Origin: Felis catus
Lineage: Eukaryota
Reading direction: 5' to 3'
Assembly (NCBI RefSeq): GCF_018350175.1
Contig: NC_058383.1
Span: 21,516,001 to 21,580,000 of the forward strand
DNA: 64,000 nucleotides
The position numbers and the translations under genes are program-made. Under the pieces are notes generated by a model. The model saw nothing but the letters and a program-made list of their open reading frames with translations. It was not told the origin of the DNA and ran no database searches. Of this stretch, positions 12,443-23,948 are shown in pieces (position 1 is the first letter of the stretch; every line of letters begins with the position of its first letter).

Positions 12443-13978
12443 AGTCAGACTTATTGAATAACTAACTGAGTACTGGACGCTGTACTAGATGCAGTTGGTG
12501 ACTGAGACCTTCCCAACCCCTAGCGTTCAGTCTCGTAGGCAAATTGATAATGTGAGTACAAGGTAAAAAATATGATAAATTTTCTTAAAAGGCTCTTTTG
12601 TTGATTCCTTTAGATTAACCATCTGGAGTGGGGTACAAATATACAGCAAGCAGCTTGAAAAAAAAAAGGACCTTTGAGCTTGAGATTTCTGTTTAATGTG
12701 CATGAATTCACTTCTCCACACTGACCCAGGCAGATGACCACTGGAGGCCACTTCAAGTGGTATCTCAGGTGGTTCTGGACCGGAAGCTGCTGTAAAAGAT
12801 GAGCCCCTCTGCAGAGCACGTGCTCAAATGTTTATTGAGGCCCTCTATAAAGCACTAAATAATCACATATTGAGTAAAACAGATGCACAGAACAAGGATA
12901 ACCTGTTTCTGCATACATTGTGTGCAGAGACGAAGCTGCCTCGGGAGAGCTCCCTCACTTCCTGTCCTCTGCATGGGGAGGGAGTGCCTCCTCGTAAGCC
13001 AGCTGCTTACGAGAGCGGAATCTTGTTCGGTCGTCACACCTGAACTCTGACTCTCTGCGTCTTCCTGAATTCCTTTTTAGTCCATAATTTGCGCAAGTTC
13101 ACATTTTGGTGAAAAATAACTGAGGCTCCGTGTTGTCTCGTTAACCGCTGCTCCACACGTCTTTGTTTTGGCTTAAATTTTTTTCTTTGGGAAAAAAGTA
13201 CTCGCAAACCCTCACATTTTCATATACCTGTTAGCATTCAACCCATTCAATCAAGGCTTAAATACATTATTTAAGATAATAATCAGAATTCACTGCAGAT
13301 GGACAAATAGAATGTCAGTCCTCGGTTTGCCTTTGTTTTCTATGCTTTGTAGACATTTTTGTGTACACTTGGCTAGTGGCATTCACTGTTTGGTGACCCT
13401 GACAAAATGTAGTTGTCAGGTTTAGTGTAAGAGGGTCTGACCCGGGAACTAGCCCGAGTTCCGATCTCCATCTCCCCTGCTGCTAACCAGCTCCGGACTT
13501 TGAGCGATCAAAGGGTTTCTCTTTCCTCAAGTCCAAACTATTGATAATAGCCGAGTACTTTGTAATTTACAGCACTAGTATTTTGCCACAGCTTTTGCTT
13601 TGTTTTATACACCGTATGTGTCAAAATCTCATTAGTTTGAAGTCCAAAAGCCCTTTTGTGTTTTTCAGTATTGCCCAATCTTAAGTACAGGCAAACTAGA
13701 AATTTCTTGTTGGTTGCTATGAAATGGTCTCTATCATGATGTTCAAGGGGCAGAAGAGTGGAAAGACAGTCTGATGGAATGAATCTCATGAAATATTTAG
13801 TCCTGTGTGGCCCCAAACAAATACTAGCTTTGTAGACCCAGTGTGAACTGTTTCAAATTCCAGATCACCTCCTTGCCTGTGGAGGTGAGAACTCTGGCTG
13901 GGATCTGGTATTTTTAGCTTGCTTATTAGCTTTCCAGCTGGGACCGTCCGACATCTAACTTGACTTTGCTCCCCTTAG

Positions 13979-14148
13979 TCCGCCGAAACCCAAGGACTCT
14001 GCCCCTGCCCCCGCACCCACCCCGGGGAGAAGCAACAGTCAGATGGCCGCTGGCCCGAACCAGGCCCAGACAGCGGCTGGCTCCCATCAGCTCTCGGTCG
14101 GCCCAGGGCACAATTCCGCCGGCCCCAGCCCGCACACTCTGCGCCGAG
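13979..14148 (+). CDS. ARHGAP17: ARHGAP17 coding exon (~exon 18)
   Basis: ccttag|T CCG CCG AAA CCC AAG GAC...CGC CGA G|gtaagt; PPKPKDSAPAPAPTPGRSNSQMAAGPNQAQTAAGSHQLSVGPGHNSAGPSPHTLRR. Confidence 0.94.
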
Positions 14149-14864
14149 GTAAGTAGCCACCTTTACTCCTTCCCCTTAGGGACGGATGTGCAGACATCCT
14201 TGGGTTAGCGTGGGGATTCACTTGCAAGGCTTTCCGACAGATCGTGGCCATGTCTGTTTATGAAAGGGCAAGCAGAAAAATCAGTCATTTTAAGAGCAAA
14301 GTCAGTGAAGAGAAATGAAATAATGGAGAGCAGAGAAACAGGCACTGCTGAGTATGTTTAAGGCACAAAGTCCAACAAACGAAGGTTGCTTCTCAGAAGC
14401 AGTGCTCCCAGTTTTCCAGGAATCTGGCAGGCCAAGCCCTCCCTCCGTTTCGAAAGCACCACAGCCTCCATAGTAGCCAAGCTTTATGGGTCTGCAACCC
14501 TCAAGATGGTGGTCAGGGCTTTCTGGGTCCTGACGCTGACATGTGATCCAAATCGTCCTCACCTATACCCCTGCAAGCCCTCCACCCGGCAGTTAGGGGG
14601 ACTGTTTGAAAACACAGCGGATTGTGTCATCTCTCGGTTGAAAGGCTCCAGCGGCTTCTGTGTAAACCTCCCCCGTGGGCCCTGTGTGGTCGGGCCTGCC
14701 TTTGGGCCCCGCTCTTAACCACTGCTCTCTCTCACCAAGCTGCCAGCAGCGCTGGTCTGCTCTCTGTTCCTCGCCTGCACTGAGCTCATTCCCTCTTTAG
14801 AGCATCCACATTCCATGTCTTCTCTTCCGGAACATTCTGACCCACAACATCTTCTCGTGGCTCT

Positions 14865-15745
14865 TTTGAAATTTTATTGGGATAAGAAGACCTACCGTGA
14901 GGTCTCCCCTCTTAAACTGCTAAGAGTACTACAGGCACACTGTGGTACGGCAGACCTCTGGAACTTACTCATCTGGTGTAACTGGAACTCTGTGTCCGTT
15001 AGTTAGCAGCCCTCCGTTACCCCTTCTGCAGTGCTCTCTCTCCAGCCCTTGGCAGCTGCCATTCCACTCTCCGATTCTGTGGGCTTGACTCTTCTAGATA
15101 CTTCGTGCAGTCCTGTCTTTCTGTGACCGGCTTATTTCACCCAGGGTAATGTCCTCCAGGTTCATCCATGTTGTTGTGTGTGGCAGGATTTCCTTCTTTT
15201 TTAAGGCTAAATAATATTCCAGTGCATGTATATCCCACATTTTTGATCCAGTCACCCATCGATGGACATTTAGGCTGTTTCTATATCTTGACTATTGTGA
15301 ATAGTGCTGCAGTGAACACAGGAGTGCAAGTATCTTTTTGAGACCCTGACTTCAGTTCTTTTGGCTAAGTACCCAGAGGTGGGTTTGCTGGATCATATGG
15401 TAATTTTATTTTTAATATTTTGAGGAGTCTCCTCACTTTTCCATAATGACGGTACCACTTGTATTCCCACCAACAGTGTATAAGGGTTCGATTTTCTCTA
15501 CATCTTTGCCAGCACTTCTTTTGTGTTTTTTTGTTGTTTTTTTTAATAATAGCCACTCTGATAGATATGAGGTACCTCATTATGGTTTGGATTTCTGTTT
15601 CCCTGATGATGAATTTTATTCTTTTGCCTGTGGATGTCCACTTTTCCCCACACCGTCTGTTAAAGAGACCGTCCTTTCCCCTCTGTGTGTTTTTGGTGTC
15701 AAAGACCAACTGTCTGTGCGTGGACTTATCTCTGGGCTCTCTGTT
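14865..15745 (-). mobile_element. L1 (L1MA/MB-like) ORF2 C-terminus and 3' end, internally deleted
   Basis: ORF 15365..15754 shows L1 ORF2 remnants (GKDGLFNRRCGEKW, KCWQRC...LIHCWWE, LPYDPA). Confidence 0.9.
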
Positions 15746-16326
15746 CTGTTCCACACGTGGTTCCTTTTTACCACTCAGGTCACAGCTCAGAAATCACCTC
15801 CTCCATGGGCCCTCCGCAATTACCCCCTCTGAACTGATGACCACTCCCGTCCCTACCAGTCACCAAGTCTTCCTCTGTCATAACACTGACTTTCTTTCCG
15901 GGCATTTTTTTCTTGATCTGAAATTTTTAAATTTGTCTTTTAACTTGTTGCCAGTTTCCCCTAGTACCTCTTAGAAAGCTGGGATCTCACCCGCCCAGGG
16001 GGTGGCAGACGCCTCAGGGACAGCCGGCTTCAGGGGAGTCAGCTACTCTCAGGTGGCCTGGTCAATGCTGGTCATGGGAGGGGCAATTGTGATGAATAAT
16101 AAAAGGCCTCAGACTGAAAAGTTGAGCTGTAGCTATGCCTCAAGTCACATAGCTGGTTGGATCAAAGGCTGCTAGTTTAACCTTTCCTAACTGAATTCCT
16201 ACAAATATAAAGTAGAAATTAAAATGCCTTCTTAAGGGGTATATTGTGGGAATGCCCATGAAAGCACCGTCTTTATAAAGCGTAACATAAATGTTAGGTG
16301 GAATTTTTATAAATTACAGGCAGGGA

Positions 16327-16954
16327 GGGACCCCTGGATGGCTCAGTCCATTAAGTGTCCGACTTTGGCTCAGGTCACGATCTCACGGTTCCTGAGTTTG
16401 AGCCCCGCATCAGGCTCCTTGCTGACAGCTCAGAGGCTGGAGCCTGTTTCAGATCTGCGTCTCCCTCTCTCTTTTTCTGCCCCTCCCTGGCTCGCACTCT
16501 CTCTCTCTCCAAAAAAACTAAATAAGCATTAAAAAAAATTTTTTTAAATAAAAATAAATTACAGGCAGGGAGGCAAAGTCAGGTATATGCTGCCTGGTCA
16601 CAGACCCACGTGGTCCTTTTTAAGGTGGTCCTCTCCCCTGAGGATCTTCGTCTGTACCCCAGTTTATCCTGGAGCGTAATTAGGTCTTCTCTTCCTGGAT
16701 TCTGGGTGTAATCCTGCTTTTGGGTTGAGGCTCTCCTTATGCCACATTAGGAGTCTTTCCTGCTTCCGTAAACCACAGACCTCCGGCTTCCTCACAGGAT
16801 TAGTCTGAACCTTCTGCCCCTGCCTCAGCCTCCCCAAACCTTCATAGGTTTGTCCTATGGAAAGTCCACCTTTCTCCCATCTCCCCGGCACCCAGCTCTC
16901 CTGCTTCCTCTTCTGATTCCCTCTACACCCTTTCCTGTCTGGAGTGGTCTTTTT

Positions 16955-17014
<60 letters not shown>

Positions 17015-18995
17015 AGTTTATTTATTGTGAGAGAGAGTGAGAAAGACAGAACAAGTGGGGTTGGGGCAGAGAGAGAGAGGGAAGAGAGAGAATCCCAAGC
17101 AGGCTTCACACTGTCAGTGTGGAGTCCAATGCTGGGCTTGAACCCATGAACTGTGAGATCATGACCTGAGCCGAAATCAAGAGTCTGACACTTAACTGGC
17201 TGAGCCACCCAGGCGCCACAGGAACAGTCTTTTACTTGATGTGAATTCATAATTAATATTGCTCAGAACAAAAAACTAGAACTTTTTCTTTTTTAAATGT
17301 TTATTTTTGAGAGAGAGCTAGTGAGGGAGGGGCAGAGAGAGAGGGAAACAGGATCCAAACAGGATCTGTGCTGACAGGAGAGAGCCCGATGCGTGGCTCG
17401 AACTCACAAGCCTCACAGCTCATGACCTGAGCTGAAGTCGGGCACTTAACAAACTGAGCCACCCAGGCGCCCCAGAACTTTTTTTTTAAGTTGTTTATGG
17501 TAGCCAGAGTACAGCTAATATTCCAAAGTTTCCTTCCTTTGTCCGCTGGTTAGTTGTTTCTTTGGGAAAAGGTCTTCCAAGGTCTGGGGTCAAAAGTTCT
17601 AGGCCAGCAGAGCAAAGGAGACTTTATACCCTTTTCATTCCTTAAATCTGGGCCCTGTGAGCAGACAGCCAGGCTGTGCAGGGAGAAGGAAAGGGATGAA
17701 GAGAGTCCAAGGAGTCCACAGAACATGGTTGTGAGGCGGTTCTGCCAGCTGTGTGAGCTTTTGCAAATACTTGACCTCTCTGAGCCTCAGTTTTCTCCAC
17801 CGTGAAATGGGTATAACAACGTCCATCTTGCAATGTGAGCTTATGAGACTCAACCGAGACAGTTTATGTAAGGGGCCGGGCTTGGTGCTGGTGCGAATGA
17901 AACATTTCCTTAATTTCCCTATCCCTTTTTGGGAAGATGAGTAGAATCTCGGTACAATTTGAAAAATACTGAGGAGCATGGATGGCTCAGTTGGTTAAGT
18001 ATCTGACTCTTGATTTCAGCTCAAGGCATGATCTCACAGTTCATGGGTTCAAGCCCCAAGTCGGGCTCTGTGCTGATGGTTCAGAGCCTGCTTGGGATTC
18101 TCTCTCTCTGTCTCTGTCTCTGTCTCTCTGCCCCTCCCCCACTTGCACTTGTGCACGCACTCTCTCTCTCAAAATAAATAAACTTAAAAAAAAAAAGAAA
18201 AATACTAAAGCCTCTCCACCCACCTTTCCCAGCCCAAAGCCCGGTCTCCAGACCCACTGTTGGTAGCAAATTTTACTCCCATGGCTCCTTAGTGACGCTG
18301 ATCTCAGCTGATACCGGGAAGGTAGTGAAGTGCTTCAACTCTCCGTAGATATACCTAAGGCAGTTCCTCCAGATTTATTTATATTTATATCCAGAATATA
18401 TCTGTTCATTCAAGTGATTCTGGAACTGGTAGAATTTCTGTCATTAAAAAAAAAATCAAGCCATCTTGAAGAAACTGGCTTAGGGCAAGGGGCCATGGTA
18501 TGTTGTGTAGGCAGATCAGTCATGCTTGGCTGTTGCCCCCTTAGCTGTTCTCGCTTCTCCCCTTTTCTTACTGGGCCATCAGGCCACCAGGGAAGGGGAC
18601 TGACATGAGGGCAGCTCGGTGAGCTAAGAGCAGTGACTCTGTGTAGGGGGGCGGCCCCTTGACTGAGTTCTTTTCTTACTGGACTTTAAACTTTTTTTTT
18701 TAACACTTACTTATTTTTGAGAGAGAGACAGTGGTGGGGAGGGGAGAGAGAGGGAGACTCAGAATCCCAAGCAGGCTCCACACGGTCAGCACAGAGCCTG
18801 ACACAGGGCTCGAACCCATGAACTATGAGATCATGACCTGAGCGGAAGTCAGAAGCTCAACTGACTCTGCCACCAGGGGCCCCTATTCTTACTGAACTTT
18901 TAAAACAACAGGTCATGGGGGGCCTGGCTGGCTCAGAGGAGCATGCGACTCTTGGTCTTGAGTTCAAGCCCCACATCGGGTGTAGAGATTACTAA
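16327..18995. mobile_element. Six SINEC elements in mixed orientation (~16327+, 16950-, 17283-, 17971+, 18690-, 18917+) plus a MIR (~17750-17900)
   Basis: SINEC heads and tails; TSDs such as ataaattacaggcagg and gaaaaatact; (TTTA)n tail 16955-17012. Confidence 0.85.
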
Positions 18996-19089
18996 AAACT
19001 CTTTAAAAATGCAAAATAAAACAACAGGTCTTTAAGGGTCTCTGTGTGTGTATGAGGTGCTTTTCTTTTCTTTTTTTTTTTTTTTTTTT

Positions 19090-19590
19090 TAATAGAAACT
19101 TATTGTTTGGGAACAGTTTTGGATCTGCAGGGAAGCTGCAGACAGTACTGGTTGCTCCCTTGTACCCCCGCACCCGCTTTCCCCTGCTGCTGACCTCTTA
19201 GGTCCCCGGGGTGCCCTCTCACAGCCGGGCAAGCAGCACCTGCGGCGTCACTGCTGAACAACTAGCCGCTCCCCGGCGTTCACTCCCCGCCGCGGGGCCA
19301 CGGCACCCAGGAGACCGCGTCACACTGCGTCATCTCGTCTCCCGAGTCTCCCCTGGGCCGTGACGGTTTCTGACCTCCCGTGCGTTTCCCTGGCCTTGAC
19401 CGCGTGGGGGAGTGCGGGTCAGGCATTTTGAAGGACGTCCTCCATCTGTGCGGGCAGCTGGTTTTCTCTTGGTTGGACGGGGCCGAGGGCTTTGGGGGAG
19501 GACGACCGCCAAGGCGAAGTGTCCCCCTGACGGCGTCCTTCCGCGGGGGCGCACGGTACCCACGCGGGTTCGCCCGCGGAAGATGGCGTT
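19090..19590 (-). mobile_element. L1MC-like 3' end fossil, heavily GC-shifted
   Basis: Colinear with the L1MC 3' end as recalled and with the AT-rich copy at 54820-55290 (see findings). Confidence 0.7.
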
Positions 19591-20270
19591 GGCTCTCGCC
19601 GCCGTGCCCTTCTCACTGAAAGGCGTTCTCCTCCTTTGCAGCTGTTAAAAAACCTGCTCCTGCACCCCCGAAACCAGGAAACCCGCCTCCCGGCCACCCC
19701 GGGGGCCAGAGTTCTCCGGGACCGTCTCAGCATCCGCCCAGTCTGTCGCCAAAGCCAGCCGCCCGAAGCCCTTCTCCTCCCACTCAGCAGGCGGGCCAGG
19801 CCCCGGGCCAGCCGTGCGCCGCCCCGCAGCCCTCGGCGCCCCGGAGGTACTCCAGCAGCCTGCCTCCCATACAAGCCCCCAGCCACCCGCCGCCGCAGCC
19901 CCCCACGCAGGCCGCGCCGCCCCCGGGGCACACCAAACCCGGCGGCGGCCAGGGCCCGCCCGCCCCCACGGCACCGGCCGGCGAGCAGGGACTGGAGCAG
20001 CCACCTCACACCCCTCCCCAGACTCCGACGCCCCCCAGTACTCCGCCTTTAGGAAAACAGAACCCCGGCCCGCCCGCTTCTCAGACCGCGGCGGGGACTA
20101 ACCCTGAGACTGCGCAGCCACACGCCGGAACCTTACCGAGACCGAGACCAGTACCAAAGCCCAGGAACCGGCCCAGCATGCCTCCGCCCCCACATCCCCC
20201 TGGCGCCCACTCCGCAGGGGACGGCACCCTCAGCAACGCAGCTCCCACTGCCTCCAAAATAGTAACGGGT
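19150..20270. promoter_or_regulatory. Intragenic CpG island over L1MC fossil and ARHGAP17 proline-rich exon
   Basis: Visibly very GC- and CpG-dense compared with the AT-rich flanks. Confidence 0.65.
19642..20268 (+). CDS. ARHGAP17: ARHGAP17 large proline-rich coding exon (~exon 19)
   Basis: tttgcag|CT GTT AAA AAA CCT GCT...ATA GTA ACG G|gtaagt; open 627-nt frame (A)VKKPAPAPPKPGNPPPGHPGG...TPPQTPTPPSTPP...LPRPRPVPKPRNRP...ASKIVT; contains PxxxPR SH3-ligand motifs; the correct frame is not in the ORF track. Confidence 0.95.
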
Positions 20271-20339
20271 AAGTGAGAAACTGCTCCCCGCCCACGCTCC
20301 GTTGTCTCTGTCCCCTTCCATTCAGGCCTGGGTTTACAG

Positions 20340-20556
20340 CAGGGGGCAGCCAGCCTTACGCGGCCACATCTGGTCCATAGCCAGCCCGTTTTTGTAAATG
20401 AAGTTTTACTGGGACACAGCGGCTCTAATTTGTCTACATATCGTCTCCGGCCGCTTTTGTGCTAACATAACAGAGTTGTATAGTCAGAGATTATTGGGCT
20501 CGCAGAACCTAAAAATATTTAGTGCCTGGCCCTTGAAGTTAGCTGGCCACTGACTT
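20340..20556. mobile_element. MER58-like hAT-Charlie MITE
   Basis: gtttttgtaaatgaagttttactgggacacagc...cctaaaaatatttagtgcctggccctt diagnostic motifs. Confidence 0.75.
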
Positions 20557-23142
20557 CTAGTTTTATCATGTGTCTAAGACCTCCTACATTGACATTTTTC
20601 TAAGTGTAATGACCTAATCCATGTGGAAGGTACTGGACCACACAAGCATGAAATTCATTTCTTCCTCATTAGGATACTTATTTTCCTTCTAAAGGTAAAA
20701 ATGTTCATAGTGAAGCATTTCAGGTATAACTTTAAAAAAACAGGGTCTGTGCCACTTCGGATGCCCCAGGAAGGGAGATCTTGGGGGGGGGGGGGGCGAT
20801 CACATCAGAGTGCGGCCTCCAGGGGCGGGGGAGGGAAGGATTGACATTTTCCCATAATCCCCATGGAAACCTGTTTCCGGTGGTGATGATGGTACAGATT
20901 TCAGCAAGCCACCTGACGGGGTGTTTTTATTAAAAAACCCAGTCGAAAACAGTCGAGCATTTATTTAATTGTGATTTCTTTTCAAAATTCCACCCTAAGT
21001 GTTCTAATACACTATTTGATTTAAGGGTGAGGTAGATGGGGTTTTTTTAAATGTGTTTTTTTTAAATGGCAGTTAGAGCTTTGAATCACAACAGTTTAAT
21101 TTTCCATTTTCTACGTGGGGCTAGTTTTAGAGACGAGGTGGAATATACCTCTGGGCTGTGCAGCTCTACTGCATGACTTGTCTGCTGAAAATGAGCCAAT
21201 GGTGTACCCCAGACTGGGGGTACTCCAGATGATGAGGGTTTACCCACTAGCCTTCTGATAACCTTTTTTCTCCCCCAGGAACATACTGCATAACTTGCAC
21301 GTATTATAAATGGTTAATAACGTATGATGACACTCCAGCTTTTATTTTTAAAAAACAAAGCCACATTGGTGTGTTTGTTTGTTTGTTTCCCAATAGATGC
21401 CCTTCCTAGTGCCCTCACAGGTGGGGAAGGTTCCCAGGACTAAGGTCTGTAACCCCCCCCAGCAGCTCGCACCAAGCTCCATACGCTCCTGCTTAGCCGT
21501 GTTTTGCAAATGTGCTTTTGACCACGTGCTCAGGAGCAGCTACCGGACCCCCTGCCGTCCATTCTGTAGCATGTGGACCTTACTTTTGTTCTTACCAAAA
21601 GCATTTTGAGCTGCAGTGCTCCAAATTCGAGGTAGCTGTCAGTAGATTGAGAACCCGATTTCAAGCCGCTCACCTAAGATGCTAGGAGTGCCTTCTTTCT
21701 TGTTGGTAAGCCTTTTGTAAGTGTCCTGCTCTTCTCAGTGACTTCCCTGTCGTTGATCGGCTCATCACGTCCAACCAAAGAGGACTCGGGTGCAGTCGGC
21801 ACAGAAAATTGTGTTCCTTGTGTCTTGAGCTTTAATTTGTAATTGTATATCTTAAGTGCGAGTTAACTGCATGGAGCTTCTTAATTTGATGTTTGAAATT
21901 CTCAGGACCAAACCAAACAAACAAACCGATCTTCTTCCAAAGATCCCACACTAAATTCCTTTGCGTTCTAGCACGCTTACATTTTGCTTTCTTAAACCAT
22001 ACGAGCTTTTCAAAAGGCACCGTTAGCCTCATCTGAGCCGGGTCCACATTTGGACACCTTAGGGCTCTCGTCATGCGTACCATTGCTCTAATCGGCTGAT
22101 CTGAGCCTTAAACCCTTGTTGGGCTACTTCGCCAGCGTTCGCAGCCTCGGTCTGAGTAAGACTTTCTGTAGAAGCCAGAAAAGGAAATGAGTGAGGCCTT
22201 AAAGGCGTGGAGGAAGGCACGAGTATGATTCCACATCCTGACTCCTTATAACCCAGCAGTCTGGGGTTGCCCCACTGGGTATGGAAGTCGTGCACCAGAG
22301 TGACACGACGAAACCCTAATTAAGGCTGAGCCTTTTAACCCTTCATGACACCAGCATTTCACCCGCAGATCTTTCCTTTTACGTAGATAGGAAAACTACC
22401 AACTGGAATCACGTCTGTTCTTTAAAACCATTCCCACCTCACATGTGTTTATTCCAGAAAACTATCTTATTGATCCGGTACAACACTGTAATGCTTTGTA
22501 CTTTATCAGATCAGGGAAATTTTATATGAAAGTACTTTGCCTTAAGATATTACCTAAGTATTTAAAAATCTATGTTATGAATTCTCCTAAACTCAAGAAA
22601 TCCCAGGCCACTACAATTATTTTTGTATTGCGGAAGTAACTTTTAATTGCCTAAAATCGCCTGGACTACCATTGGGAGCACACAGAAAGCCCCGTTTAGG
22701 ATTCATGCATCCACTAGTATTGAGCAAGCTGCTATTATGAACCATTCTTGGGTATTTCAAGAAGAAAAACAATGTAACTTCCTTGGAAGGCCATCCTTTA
22801 TTATGACATTATGTTTTCATGTGGAAAACCAACCGTAGACAGTTTCCTAAAAACAGGTTATTTGCTTAGAGCATTTAATCCTAAAAAGTTGAATTACAGC
22901 CTGGGGATTAGGATAAACCCTTGGGGGAGATCGATGCCGCCAAGCAGATTTGACCGCCATCGTCTAGCAGCACAGGAGAACGGAGGGATTCTGATGTCCT
23001 CCGAAGCTCCTCTTTATTGTTACTGTAGAAAGCGCGCAAGCCTTTCAGCTTTGAAAGTAAAAGAGTTTGCATCTTGCTGTTTTTAAAGGAACAGATTTTA
23101 GCCAAGAGTGTTCTAATTGAAACATTTTATTAAATAATTTAG

Positions 23143-23191
23143 ATGTATGACCTGCCATATTCAGTCAGAACTCAAATTGGAATATTTAATG
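23143..23191 (+). CDS. ARHGAP17: Putative alternative penultimate ARHGAP17 exon (49 nt) encoding (D)V-stop; coding part 23143-23150
   Basis: atttag|AT GTA TGA cctgcc...atttaatg|gtaagg; joined to the phase-1 G of the previous exon it gives ...SKIVT-D-V-stop; lies in a largely repeat-free stretch with splicing-factor motifs downstream. Confidence 0.72.
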
Positions 23192-23746
23192 GTAAGGAAA
23201 AGGCACCTGATTGGCCAAAGCTTTTGTGCTCCTTGATGATCGTTACTCGTGCGCTAACGCCTGTTACTAACCGGGCACCCTAACCCTGCCTGCTTGCATC
23301 CCTACTAACAGTGCATGTACTAAACGATGCTGGCTTCGTTCATGCTTGCTCTCGATCACTCTGAGTACTAAGTGTGTTCACAGACGTGTGTGACAGGTGG
23401 TCACAGGGCTGGCCTTGTGCCTTCTCTAATTTCTGTCCTTTTCTGTACCAGGCAGGCTTGAGGTGTAGTAGAAAAACTTTGTGGACTTGGGCCCGAATTC
23501 GAAGTTCAGCTCTCTGTGTAACGTCAGGCAAAGGCACAGCCTGGCTGATCAGTTAGAGGGTGACACTTGTGAGAATTTTTGTTGAAGGGATTGAATCAGA
23601 TAAAATAAGACGTCTTACAGTTCTCAGCATACACTGGGTCCTAAGTGAATGCTAGCGATCTGTGATCATGTTTATCTTGGAAAAAACAGATAATCAGAGT
23701 TATGTCCTACACTCATAGGTCAGCGCTTTAAGAATGCATATGCCCA

Positions 23747-23948
23747 GGGGCACCTGGGTGGCTCCGTAGGTGAAGCGTCCAACTTAGGCTCAGGTCGTGA
23801 GCTTGCAGTTTGTTGAGTTCGAGCCCCACATCAGGCTTGCTGCGGTCAGCGCAGAGGCCGCTTCAGATCCTCTGTCCCCGTCTCTCTCTGCCCTCCCCGA
23901 CTTGTGCTCTCTCAAAAAAATAAGTAAATAAAAATAAAAATAAAAAAA
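23747..23948 (+). mobile_element. SINEC_Fc
   Basis: ggggcacctgggtggctc head, (CT)n, A-rich tail. Confidence 0.88.

Noticed and set aside
15365..15974. 129-171 aa ORFs
   Set aside because: Decayed L1 ORF2 and its antisense frames; not a functional gene
19419..20101. Arg/Gly/Pro-rich ORFs on both strands
   Set aside because: Shadow frames of the GC-rich ARHGAP17 exon and CpG island
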